Assembly (NCBI RefSeq): GCF_003918875.1
Contig: NW_025767357.1
Span: 1,054,001 to 1,118,000 of the forward strand
Origin: Haliotis rubra
Taxonomy: Eukaryota
Reading direction: 5' to 3'
Length of the DNA: 64,000 nt
The notes under the pieces were generated by a model. It had not been told where the DNA came from. It saw only the letters and a program-made list of their open reading frames with translations, and searched no databases. Below, one piece after another: positions 12,890-23,967 of the stretch. The first letter of the stretch is position 1. Each line of letters opens with the position of its first letter. Position numbers and translations under genes: made by a program.

Positions 12890-13581
12890 CCAGAACAAGC
12901 AGCATGGTACGTCAAAAGGACTTAACTTGTCACGAGGAAATTATACATCAAGATGACATGCAATGTAACAAGGACATAATACTTCACAAGAACATGTTGC
13001 GTCATCATGACGTCATGACACGTCACGAGGACATATACATCAAGGTGACGTCAAGAGGACGCAATACGTCATATCGCCATGGTACGCCTCGTAACACAGC
13101 ACGTCAAGTCGTCAGGATACGCCTCCAGAACGCCATACGTAAGGATACGTAAGATACGTCACAGGGCTAATTTTATACGCATAATTTCACAAGAGTTCAT
13201 TTGGCACAGGCAGTATTCAGAACTCAGTCAAAGAAGCTAACTTTGTTATTTTCTGTATGTATCCATGTGTTTATTACTATACAGTACGACCAACCAGATA
13301 TTCAGCCACGAAGATGCAGAACACACTGATAATATTCATTTAATGAGCATCTTGATAACAGCAATTATCAGTCAGGTAAGTGATAACTATCTCAACATAT
13401 GCCACGTCATATACACGTAAGGCCAATATAACACCGGCCTACTTCTCCTCTTTCAGAAGAAGATGAACCATTATAGTTTCCGTTACAGCGTGTCCAGCGA
13501 GAATATTTTGTTTGTTTGTAATTGTTGTTTTTGTTCAATAATCTTTGCAGCAACAGTATTTCTGTCATTCTTTGGTCATGG

Positions 13582-14878
13582 CTAATAGAAGCTGGTATTT
13601 TCATTCCATACCGGTTCCCAGGAAGGCCCGTTAGGGTCACCGTCTTCGAAGTCGTACTCCACCACTCCAGACAACAGCTTCGCCTCCTTTGTCGTTGCAA
13701 CCTCCGGAAGACAGTCTCCTATCGGAGACTTGATTTCGCGATGATTAAAAGAATCACACTTGCCAAAGATGTTGATTCCTCTGGATGGCCAATGCCCAGT
13801 CATGAGCCGATGATTGTAAACCTTCTTCTTGTCAGAGATATCTTCAGCCCGAGCCCACTTGGCAGGCGTCATGCAGACGAACACCACAAAGCGCCACCTG
13901 TGGGAATTGAGGCGACCTTTCTCTGGTCTACAATTATCATGCACTGTCCGAGAATCCCAAAGGACCATCCCTCCTTTCGGAACTGGAACCTTAGTGGTAA
14001 CGCAGCCTTTCTCTCTGAACCAAGATTTGTCGTCTTCATTTAATTCATAATGACCGATTCTACTCTTCCTAGCAGCGGACTCAAATTCTTCAAAAAATTC
14101 GTTGAAATATTTATGTGATCCCGACAAAACCCGGAAGCAGAAGTCAGTTTCTGTCGCCTCCTCCAAATACAGGGCGCCTTGGTAACCATGGAGACCAACT
14201 CTCTCTGCCGGTTGGTCGACGTGCAACCATGCTTTCCCTGTGTCATAAATTACGAACTTTTCATCTTCTGGCGGGAAAGATATGGCTACTCCGTCAAAGC
14301 TTGTGAGGAGCTTCTCTGTCTCCCAGACATTAGCAAACACTGGCTTGGTTTTTAATCGGCAGTTCCAGGTGTTTTCGAAATGACCAATGTCATATCCCTG
14401 AATGACTGAATGCAAGTTAGAAGGCCAATCATCTTCCTCAAACTGGGATACCCAATCACGGTACTGGGATATGTACGCGTCACAGTCCTGCGCACTGCAA
14501 ACATCCGGTATTACGGCATATCCTTTCTCCTCAAGATCTTTCATAACTGAGTCCCTGATAAAGAAGGCAAAATATAATACTTTCAACACGGCAATGCAAG
14601 AGTCATCAACGAGGTAATCATGAGGTATCTGCACATGACGAATTTCTCTCTCTTGTGTCAGTGGATCAGCCTTTGTCTAGTTCGGCTTGCCGTGACTGGA
14701 TGCAAAATTGCTGATGAACAATGTTCACTCACATACTCCGATGTCCAATTGGTCATTGTTATATCGGACCGCCTCCGTGGTGTAGTCGTAAATAAATTTA
14801 AGCACGTAAAGACAGGCGTGCTGGAAGATTTACTCACCTGTCAAAAGACGGACTTCCAGGTACCTCACTTTTCGCCAT
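13582..14878 (-). CDS. PhyH-like Fe(II)/2-oxoglutarate dioxygenase, paralog 1
   Basis: Exon 1 14878-14838 (MAKSEVPGSPSFD-R, donor GTGAGT) and exon 2 14554-13582. Motifs WLHVDQ, GSH, GGMVLWDSRTVH and RWRFVVF give the HxD...H triad plus a candidate 2OG-binding Arg. Confidence 0.9.
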
Positions 14879-14883
14879 GATGG

Positions 14884-14929
14884 ATGTGTCGTCTGCTCGC
14901 ACGAGAACGCAAAGTGTCGTCTGCTCGTT
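14884..14929 (-). promoter_or_regulatory. Shared GAGCAGACGACAC motif (two copies) just upstream of the ATG
   Basis: The same motif sits just upstream of the ATG in paralogs 2 (about 26935) and 3 (about 36445), and a degenerate version in paralog 4 (about 42938). Confidence 0.5.
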
Positions 14930-15469
14930 GAGTTGATCGGCTCTATAAAGAGACGAAACGTCTAGACTGTTCTCTAGATGATTATTGCACAACCCAAGAA
15001 CATCGCGGGGAAAGCAGGTGATAAAGATAAGCCATTAGTTGATCCCATTTGTTGTGTATGAGCGATTGTTCCCAAGGTTCATGTCCAATAATTACTATGT
15101 TCATGACCCGGTACTTGAAGTCCCCAACTATTGGACAACAAACACTCACTACAGTCCACCTTAAGGATCAAATGTGAAGCTAAACAGCCATCATTTGTTG
15201 CACAGATTGTTAAGAAGCATTAACCTCATTTGTGATGCGTTATGTGGAATAAAATATAAGGGATGCCTAATTTCACCTGGACCCCATTCCACGAAGTAAT
15301 ATAATAGCTTTGACGATTGCACCTGTCAAAAGTCTGTTTGGTGGAGAAGATAAAAATTATCGGTCAAATCAGTGAGACGGCAACCCGACCGCGTCAGTCG
15401 CCCCTTATCAGTTAGAACTCAGGGTTAGAATAGATCTTCAGCAGCCCATGCTTGAAGAGACAGGCGACA

Positions 15470-15721
15470 AGTGTGAGTGAGTGAGTTTAGTTTTACGCTG
15501 CAATATCCCTGCTATATGGTGGCGATCTGTAAATAATCGAGTCTGGACCAGTCAATCCAGTGATCAACATCACGAACATCGATCTACGCAATTGAGATAC
15601 GATGACATGTGTCATCCAGTTTTCAACCAAGTCAGCGAGCCTGACCACCAGATCCCATTAGACGCCTCTTACGACAAGCATGGGTTACCGAAGATCAATT
15701 CTAACCCGGATCTTCACGGGT
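15470..15721 (-). mobile_element. SINE family B nested in an older, opposite-strand family B copy
   Basis: Consensus match with TSD AGACAGGCG(A/C)CAA. Confidence 0.8.
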
Positions 15722-16024
15722 AGACAGGCGCCAAATGAGATCGGGTGGTCAGGCTCGCTGTCTTAGTTGGCACAAGTCATCGTAATCCAGGTTGCTTATC
15801 GTTGCGCATGCTGCCCATCTCTTATATTGATCTGCTGTTGATCCTTACCATAGGTACTGGTTCCTGAAGACCATGTTTTGTCCTTTCATCAGCTTTCCTG
15901 CATTAGCTCAACCATGAATCCCCACTTACATTATTACACACCAAAGTTACGTCGTGTTTGCATATTTCCTTTCTGAATGGATCAGATCGTATGGGTAAGT
16001 TAAGGCGTTGATCGTATAAATATC

Positions 16025-16124
16025 TCACCCTCGTGTCTTTTGATATCAAATATATCACCACAAGTTCATCAAAGTGAAAAGATTGCCGAATGGTGATATA
16101 TTTGATATCAAAAGACACGAGGGT
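16025..16124. repeat. Hairpin with about 34-bp perfect arms (internal part of a non-autonomous element)
   Basis: CACCCTCGTGTCTTTTGATATCAAATATATCACC ... GGTGATATATTTGATATCAAAAGACACGAGGGTG. Confidence 0.75.
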
Positions 16125-16629
16125 GCGATTTTATTTATCATCCTTTCATTGTTAAATCAAACAAAACCAAATCTTACAAAATTACAAAACGAGAGTTTTT
16201 GTGGCGTAGAAATGCATCACTCTAAGTTAGTGAACAGAAAACAAACCAAGGTCATTCTTTTCAGCACACTTTCATCACAAAAATAGTTTCAGTTACAATT
16301 TATTAAATATCCCAGGAAACATTTATTATGTGTGATAATTAAATAGAATTCAAAGAGAAAGTGGATAATAAACACCACGGTATATTGGGATTTCTAATTT
16401 TACGACAACAGAACAAATTACAGCAGGAACGTGTACTGCAAAAGTGAAAGTCATTTCAAAGTTTGTCACAGAAGCTAGAGGTGTCAATCATTCAGAATCT
16501 TGAAAAACACAATTATCAGTCAGGCACGTGATAATTACCTCAATGAAATATGTGCAAAGCAAGGTGAGCTTATTTAAATACGACTGGAGTACAAACATGA
16601 GGAACGAGTGAACATAGCAAACAATAATG

Positions 16630-18773
16630 AGGCCTGTATTACACGTCATATACACATAAGGTCTATATTACACGTCATACACACATAAGGTCTATATTAC
16701 ACGTCATATACACATAAGGTCTATATTACACGTCATTCACACATAAGGTCTATATTACACGTCATTCACACATAATGTCTATATACACATACACATAAGG
16801 TCTATATTACACGTCATTCACACGTCATTACACACATAAGGTCTATATTACATGTCATATACACATAAGGTCTATAGTACACGTCATATACACTTATGGT
16901 CTATATTACACGTCATAGACACATAAGGTCTATATTACACGTCATTCACACATAAGGTCTATATTACACGTCATTCACACATAAGGTCTATATTACACGT
17001 CATTCACACATAAGGTCTATATTACACGTCATACACACATAAGGTCTATATTACACGTCATACACACATAAGGTCTATATTACACGTCATATATTACACG
17101 TCATATACACATAAGGTCTATTACAACGTCACACACATAAGGTCTATATTACACGTCATATACACATAAGGTCTATATTACACGTCATAGACACATAAGG
17201 TCTATATTACACGTCATATACACATAAGGTCTATATTACACGTCATTCACACATAAGGTCTATATTACACGTCATATACACATAAGGTCTATAGTAACGT
17301 CATATACACTTATGGTCTATATTACACGTCATACACACATAAGGTATAAAGTTAACGTCATATACACATAAGGTATATACACGTCATATACACTTATGGT
17401 CTATATTACACGTCATACACACATAAGGTCTATATTACACGTCATATACACATAAGGTCCATATTAACGTCATACGTCATATACACTTATGGTCTATATT
17501 ACACGTCATACACACATAAGGTCTAAAGTAAACGTCATAAACACTTATGGTCTATATTACACGTCATATACACATAACGTCTATATTACAAGTCATATAC
17601 ACATAAGGTCTATATTACACGTCATATACACATATGGTCTATATTACACGTCATATACACATAAGGTCTATATTACACGTCATACACACATATGGTCTAT
17701 ATTACACGTCATATACACACATAAGGTCTATATTACACGTCATATACACATAAGGTCTACATATACACATAAGGTCTATACGTCATATACACATATGGTC
17801 TATATTACACGTCATACACACATAAGGTCTATATTACACGTCATATACACATATGGTCTATATTACACGTCATATACACATAAGGTCTATATTACACGTC
17901 ATATATACATAAGGTCTATATTACACGTCATATACACATAAGGTCTATATTACACGTCATCATAAGGTCTATATTACACGTCATATACACATAAGGTCTA
18001 TATTACACGTCATATACACGTCATATACACATAAGGTCTATATTACACGTCATATACACATAAGGTCTATATTACACGTCATATACACATATGGTCTATA
18101 TTTCATATAGGTCTATATTACACGTCATATACACATAAGGTTATGGTCTATATTACACGTCATATACACATAAGGCCCATATTACACGTCATATACACAT
18201 AAGGTCTATATTACACGTCATATACACATAAGGTCTATATTACACGTCATACACACATAAGGTCTATATTACACGTCATATACACATAAGGTCTATATTA
18301 CACGTCATACATACACATAAGGTCTATATTACACGTCATATACACATAAGGTCTATATTACACGTCATATACACATAAGGTCTATATTACACGTCATATA
18401 CACATAAGGTCTATATTACACGTCATATACACATAAGGTCTATATTACACGTCATATACACATAAGGTCTATATTACACGTCATATATTACGTCATATAC
18501 ACATAAGGTCTATATTACACGTCATATACACATAAGGTCTATATTACACGTCATTCACACATAAGGTCTATATTACACGTCATATCACACATAAGGTCTA
18601 TATTACACGTCATATACACATAAGGTCTATATTACACGTCATATACACATAAGGTCTATATTACACGTCATATACACATAAGGTCTATATTACACGTCAT
18701 ATACACATAAGGTCTATATTACACGTCATATACACATAAGGTCTATATTACACGTCATATACACATAAGGTCT
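16630..18773. repeat. Satellite/minisatellite array, 29-bp unit ACACGTCATATACACATAAGGTCTATATT
   Basis: About 70 tandem near-identical units are directly visible. Confidence 0.97.
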
Positions 18774-18777
18774 CGAG

Positions 18778-19905
18778 GTGGACTTGGAATACCCCAAGGC
18801 ATTACACACATCACACAACAGCTACCCCCTGGCCCCCGAACGTATGAGGATTAACCCAGACTGGATGTCTGAGTACCAACATAACTTGCTAGGTGGGCGG
18901 GTGGCAGACGTTGAAAAACTCGTGCCCAACTTAATGGATAAGACCAAGTACATCGTTCACTATCGCAACCTACAGCTGTACCTGTCGTTGGGTATGAGGC
19001 TGACCAAAATACACAGGGTGCTCGTGTTCGACCAGAGCCCCTGGATGGAGCCCTACATCAGAATGAACACGGACCTGAGAAAGCTGGCCACCAGTGACTT
19101 TGAGAATAACCTCTACAAGCTCATGAACAACTCGGTGTTCGGTAAGACTATGGAGAACCTGAGGAAACGCGTGACCGTTAAGCTGGTTCGGTCGAGAGAG
19201 GACGACAAGCTCAGGAGGCTGATAGCCAGCCCGGCATTCAACCGGAGCAAGATATTCACCGACGACCTGGTTGTCCTACACATGAAGAAAAGCCACATCA
19301 AATTCAACCGGCCTGTTTACGTGGGGATGAGCATCCTCGATTTATCCAAACACCTGATGTACGACTTTTACTACAACGAGCTCAAGAAACAGTACGGCGA
19401 CAGGTGCGAAGTGCTGTACACTGACACGGATTCCCTGCTGATGGAGATTCGAACCGAGGACGTGTACGAGGACATGAAGAAACGCCTCGATTTGTACGAC
19501 ACCAGCGACTACCCCAAGGACCATGCCATACACAGCACGGTAAATAAAAAGGTCCTAGGTAAGATGAAGGACGAGTGTGCTGGCACGCCCATAGCCGAGT
19601 ACATAGGCTTGAGGCCCAAGATGTACTCCATCCTGAAGGCCGACAATGGTGAGATCCAAAAGGCGAAGGGTGTTAAGAAGTACGTGGTTAAACAACACAT
19701 CAAACACGCCAGATTCAAGGAAGCCCTGTTCAAGACCCGTACCTTCAGGCATAAAATGAACACGCTTAGAAGTGATGGGCATAGGATATACGGACTGACG
19801 ATAAACAAGACGTCCCTGTCGCCGATGGACACTAAGCGTTTGATAGCTATTGATGGGATAAACACGTACGCGTACGGGCATGAGAAAATTGAACCAAGAA
19901 CATAG
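18778..19905 (+). CDS. Protein-primed family B DNA polymerase, C-terminal part (Polinton/adintovirus type)
   Basis: EVDLEYP, KLMNNSVFGK, YTDTDS, GKMKDE and LRPKMYS motifs. The N-terminus is missing and the ORF abuts the satellite. Confidence 0.92.
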   Translation: MDLEYPKALHTSHNSYPLAPERMRINPDWMSEYQHNLLGGRVADVEKLVPNLMDKTKYIVHYRNLQLYLSLGMRLTKIHRVLVFDQSPWMEPYIRMNTDLRKLATSDFENNLYKLMNNSVFGKTMENLRKRVTVKLVRSREDDKLRRLIASPAFNRSKIFTDDLVVLHMKKSHIKFNRPVYVGMSILDLSKHLMYDFYYNELKKQYGDRCEVLYTDTDSLLMEIRTEDVYEDMKKRLDLYDTSDYPKDHAIHSTVNKKVLGKMKDECAGTPIAEYIGLRPKMYSILKADNGEIQKAKGVKKYVVKQHIKHARFKEALFKTRTFRHKMNTLRSDGHRIYGLTINKTSLSPMDTKRLIAIDGINTYAYGHEKIEPRT

Positions 19906-19911
19906 GTCGGG

Positions 19912-20886
19912 ATGTCACGGAACCAGAGAAAGTTTGAGGCTATTTACTACAGCCCGCGTGGGTACTTGAAAGGAGCTAGCGCCGTACATAAGCTGGCTAA
20001 AATGGCGCGAGTACCCCCAAACGAGGCCAAAGCGTGGCTTGAAAAACAAGCCCTGTGGCAGATCTATTTACCGGCACCACGCTACGTGCCTAGAAGGAAG
20101 TTCGGTATTAACATACCCAATAGCGTTCACCAGGCCGACCTCCTGTTCCTACCCCACGATAAGAGGTACAAGTATACCTTAACCGTCGTGGACGTGGCCA
20201 GTCGCTACAAGGAAGCCGAACCCTTAACCGCGAAAGACTTGGCCCAGGTAGCCCGCGGATTCGAACGCATATACAAACGCAGCCCGCTGACGTGGCCCAC
20301 AGAGCTGCAAGTCGACCCCGGGCGGGAGTTCATGGGTGCTGTGTCACACCTGCTAGACAAACACGATACCAAGGTCAGGCATGACACGGCCGGAGCCCAT
20401 CGCAGCCAAGCCATAGTTGAGAGATTCAATAGGACTTTGGCTGAGCGCTTATTCGGGCATCAGTATGCGAGAGAGATGGCCAACCCGGGAAAACGATTGA
20501 CTGAATGGGTAGCGCGTCTACCTCAGATGGTGTCAGCCATCAACCATGAAACCACTCGGCTCACTGGTAAGAAACCAGCCGACGCTATCAAACTAAAATC
20601 AATAGTGGCTGAGTCGGCTGCACCATTGCGTGGGAAGGAGAAACAGATACCAGATAGGACCCTCGTGAAGTACCTCTACCAGTCGGGGGAACACGAGGGT
20701 GATAGTCGTAAGCGAGCCACCGATCCGATATGGTCAGTCAAAACTTACAATATAGATAAAGTGGACATCAAAGCCGACGAGCCGAACTTGTACTACTTGA
20801 GAGATGGGCCAGGGAGAGGTTTCGTTAGAGAGGAATTATTGATCATACCGTACGACACAATGTTACCCCCCAAGCAAAATATTTAA
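19912..20886 (+). CDS. Retroviral-like DDE integrase (Polinton c-integrase)
   Basis: HQADL (D), LTVVDVASRY, QVDPGREF (D) and IVERFNRTL (E) in an uninterrupted 324-aa ORF. Confidence 0.92.
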   Translation: MSRNQRKFEAIYYSPRGYLKGASAVHKLAKMARVPPNEAKAWLEKQALWQIYLPAPRYVPRRKFGINIPNSVHQADLLFLPHDKRYKYTLTVVDVASRYKEAEPLTAKDLAQVARGFERIYKRSPLTWPTELQVDPGREFMGAVSHLLDKHDTKVRHDTAGAHRSQAIVERFNRTLAERLFGHQYAREMANPGKRLTEWVARLPQMVSAINHETTRLTGKKPADAIKLKSIVAESAAPLRGKEKQIPDRTLVKYLYQSGEHEGDSRKRATDPIWSVKTYNIDKVDIKADEPNLYYLRDGPGRGFVREELLIIPYDTMLPPKQNI

Positions 20887-21339
20887 CACTTACTGTTGAG
20901 TAATCCCAATAGTATCCTGTATCACATTAAACTGTTTTATCGATGGTCAACAGGACATAAGAGCTATCACGTGATCAGGAAGTGGAACAATAGTGTCACG
21001 TGTGGCCGGGAAGTTAACTGGGGGTTAAAAAGTAGTAGACAATGGTGGGCGAGATCTAAGGGCCTGACAAAAGCTTTATTTTTGAAATAAAGCTTTGCAG
21101 AGGCTTTTGTTGGACTTGATCTCGGACCGCTATTGTCTCTACTACTTATACATATATACGTCATAGATATATACGTCATATATATATAGTATTACAAAGG
21201 CGATGCTATTGAAACCAGTAATACATTTAATTATATATATTTAGGTGTTAATTTTACAAACCATCTTTCATAGTCCATGCATACAATTCATGCCTCATTG
21301 CAAGGTAAAAAATATTTTAATAGGCATTATGAAACATAA

Positions 21340-22276
21340 AACAAGAATCAACAAAAGATGACATAACACAAAACGTTTCCATGGAAACCGAGAAAAATAA
21401 AATGACAAAAATCTGTAAATAGCAAAAGGCACCACTTTGGGATCTGCCTCATATATCTGCCAAGTCTTGCTGGAAGATATTAAGAAGTTTTCGAGTTGTG
21501 CTCCGGAAACGAAACCCACCCCTCCCTTTTGTGACAAAGTCCACATCGTTTCCATGAAAACCAAGAAAAAGAAAAATGACAAAAATCTGCAAATAGCAAA
21601 AGGCACCACCTTAGATTCTGTTTGATATATCTACCAATTTTTGCAGAAAAATATTTAACGGTTTTTGAGTTATCCTACGGAAACGAAGCCCACCCCTCCC
21701 TTTAAGACTAAGTCCAAAACGTTTCCATCGTAACCGGGAAAAATAAAAATGACAAAAATCTACAAATAGCAAACGGCACCACTTCAAGATCTGTCCCGCA
21801 TGTCTGCCAAGATTTGCTGAAAGATATTAAGACGTTTTCGAGTTGTGCTCCGGATACGAAACCCACCACTCTCCTTTGAGACAAAGTCCAAATCGTTTCC
21901 ATAGAAACCAAGAAATATAAAAATGGAAACAATCTGTAAATAGCAAAAGACACCACTTCAAGATCTGTCTCATACATCTACCAAGTTGTGTTGAAAGATA
22001 TTGAACGGGTTTTCAGTTGTGCTCCGGAAACGAAGCCCAACGCTCCCTTTTGAGACTAAGTCCAAATCGTATCCATGGAAACCGAGAAAAATACAAATGA
22101 CAAATATCTGTAAATAACAAAAGCACCACCTTAGGTTCTGTTTGATATAACTACCAATTTTTGCTGAAAATATTTAACGTTTTTTAGTTATGCTCCGGAA
22201 ACAAAATGATAACGGACGGGGACGGACAGACGGACGAGGCGTCTACTATATCCCCCGCATTACATGGGGAAAATAA
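21340..22276. mobile_element. Helentron/HINE-like non-autonomous element with five internal repeats of about 174 bp
   Basis: It starts AACAAGA and has TTTCCAT.GAAACC units at about 21376, 21549, 21722, 21897 and 22071. It ends with a (GACG)n microsatellite and a CCCCC...GGGGG hairpin before an A-run. Confidence 0.65.
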
Positions 22277-22329
22277 GAACACTTGGTGACTTATCATACA
22301 ACTCTTTTTTCAAGATTTTTTATTCTAAA

Positions 22330-23340
22330 ATATGCCCCATCTTTTTGTTTGGCGCTGAGATCTGGGGAACCAAAGCGTCCGATGCGATAGAAAAATTCAT
22401 TTGTATGCTTGTAAGAAATATCTTGGGTACAAATTAATACATATAATTCAGCAGTATATGGCGAGTGTGGTAGATTCCCCTTATATATTGAAGCGAATAC
22501 GAAAGTTGTTAAATATTGGCTGAAATTATTGAGCATGGCTCCAAGCAGATTACAAAAAAGTGTTATAATATGATTATTGTTTATGATAGAAATGGGGGAA
22601 GGAATTGGGTAACAGATGTAAAAGAATTACTATTTTCTGTTGGATTCGGTAAGGCATGGTATGAACAGCATATAAAATCTCACTCGTTATTACTGCTATC
22701 TGTTAAACAATATGTACATGCAAAACTGGAATGAAAACTTATCTCTTTCTAGCAAATACTTTACTATAAAATGATTAAACAATCTATCCATAAAGAACAG
22801 TATCTGCCTGTGTTAAACTAGACTAAGGCTTAGTCTCTGAATATATATAATTTTGATAGTAACAAACAAGCCCATTTATATTGAAAAGGAGCCCTAGGGA
22901 GACCAGAGATTCAGAACCTGAGGAAATCTAGACTTGCTATATTTAGGGCTTTAGCACTGCAGAGAGGGCTTGGCAGTGGGGAAAATAATGTGGTTCAGGG
23001 ACTGTGAGACAGACTAGTGTTAAACGTAAGAAAATTCAGAATAAACCTTGCGCAATTCCGCTGTTCATGTCATGATTTACGAATAGAATCTGGTAGGTTC
23101 TTAGGCTTAATAAAAGAACATAAGATATGTAAAATGCGTAATCTGAATGTAACTGAAGACGAGTGCTATTTCCTTTGTATATGTCCAGCCTATTATATGT
23201 CGAGAAAAAAGTATATTAAGAGCTACTACTATGTACATTCTGACAATTACAAATTCATATCCCTTTTAACTAATTCTAGTAAGGTACATTTATAAAGATT
23301 GTCTATGTATATCTATTACGCTACCACATACAGAAACAAT
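22330..23340 (+). mobile_element. Degenerate LINE ORF2 3' fragment
   Basis: AEIWG, YGECGRFPL, KYWLK, NWVTDVKELL, FRCSCHDLRIESGR and EDECYFLCIC motifs, with frameshifts. Confidence 0.75.
22819..23016. mobile_element. Academ-like MITE with a perfect 9-bp TSD, inserted in the LINE
   Basis: GTGTTAAAC [TAGACT...AGACTA] GTGTTAAAC. Confidence 0.8.
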
Positions 23341-23967
23341 CACATTCTCAGAAAATCCACTAACTGATCAATTGTTCAGTGTATTTGTACTATAGGCCAG
23401 AGTGAGTGAGTGAGTTATTGTTTAACGTCACATCGGCAATATTGCAGCCATATCGTGACGAACTATAGGCCAGAGGCCTCCTGAGTACGGAAATAAATAT
23501 TGATTGATACTGACAACGCCCATACACATAAGGCCTGTATGATATATGTCCATACACATAAGCACTATATAAAGTATTTCTATACACAAAAGGTCTATAT
23601 AACACAGGCCTATATGGTGCAGTGTACACACCTAAAACCTATATGACAAGGCCCATACACATAAGGCCTATATGGTGCAGTCTACACACATAAAACCTAT
23701 ATGACAAGGCCCATACACATAAGGCCTCCATGACAGTGGCCTATAAATATAAGGCCTGTGTAACACATGCCTACCTGTCACATAAACACAATCTATCACA
23801 TCAAGCCTATGCACAGCAGGCCTCTTTAACAAAGGCCTATTTCTTCTCTTTAAGCAGAAGATGAACAATGATATTTTCAAAGTCCGTTAGCAGTCTCAAG
23901 TAATTGTTGTCATGTTCTTGTTCAATAGCCTTTGCAACAAACTATTTCTGGCCTCCCTTGGTCATGA

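Larger units (their letters stand above)
18772..21146 (+). mobile_element. 5'-truncated Polinton/Maverick (adintovirus-like) element
   Basis: Adjacent PolB and retroviral-type integrase ORFs, higher GC than the flanks, and a right end at ACTACT, the canonical Polinton terminus. Confidence 0.85.

Noticed and set aside
12667-13152. 161-aa ORF
   Set aside because: It overlaps an inverted-repeat arm and low-complexity repeats and has no recognisable domain.
14555-14634. N-terminal extensions of the dioxygenase ORFs in the ORF track (also 34741-34892 and 50502-50569)
   Set aside because: They are intronic polypyrimidine sequence upstream of a conserved AG acceptor. The true starts lie in the short exon 1.
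16630-18773. CRISPR-like array or repetitive protein ORF (17489-17941)
   Set aside because: Head-to-tail 29-bp units with no unique spacers in a eukaryotic context. The ORF is a by-product of the repeat.
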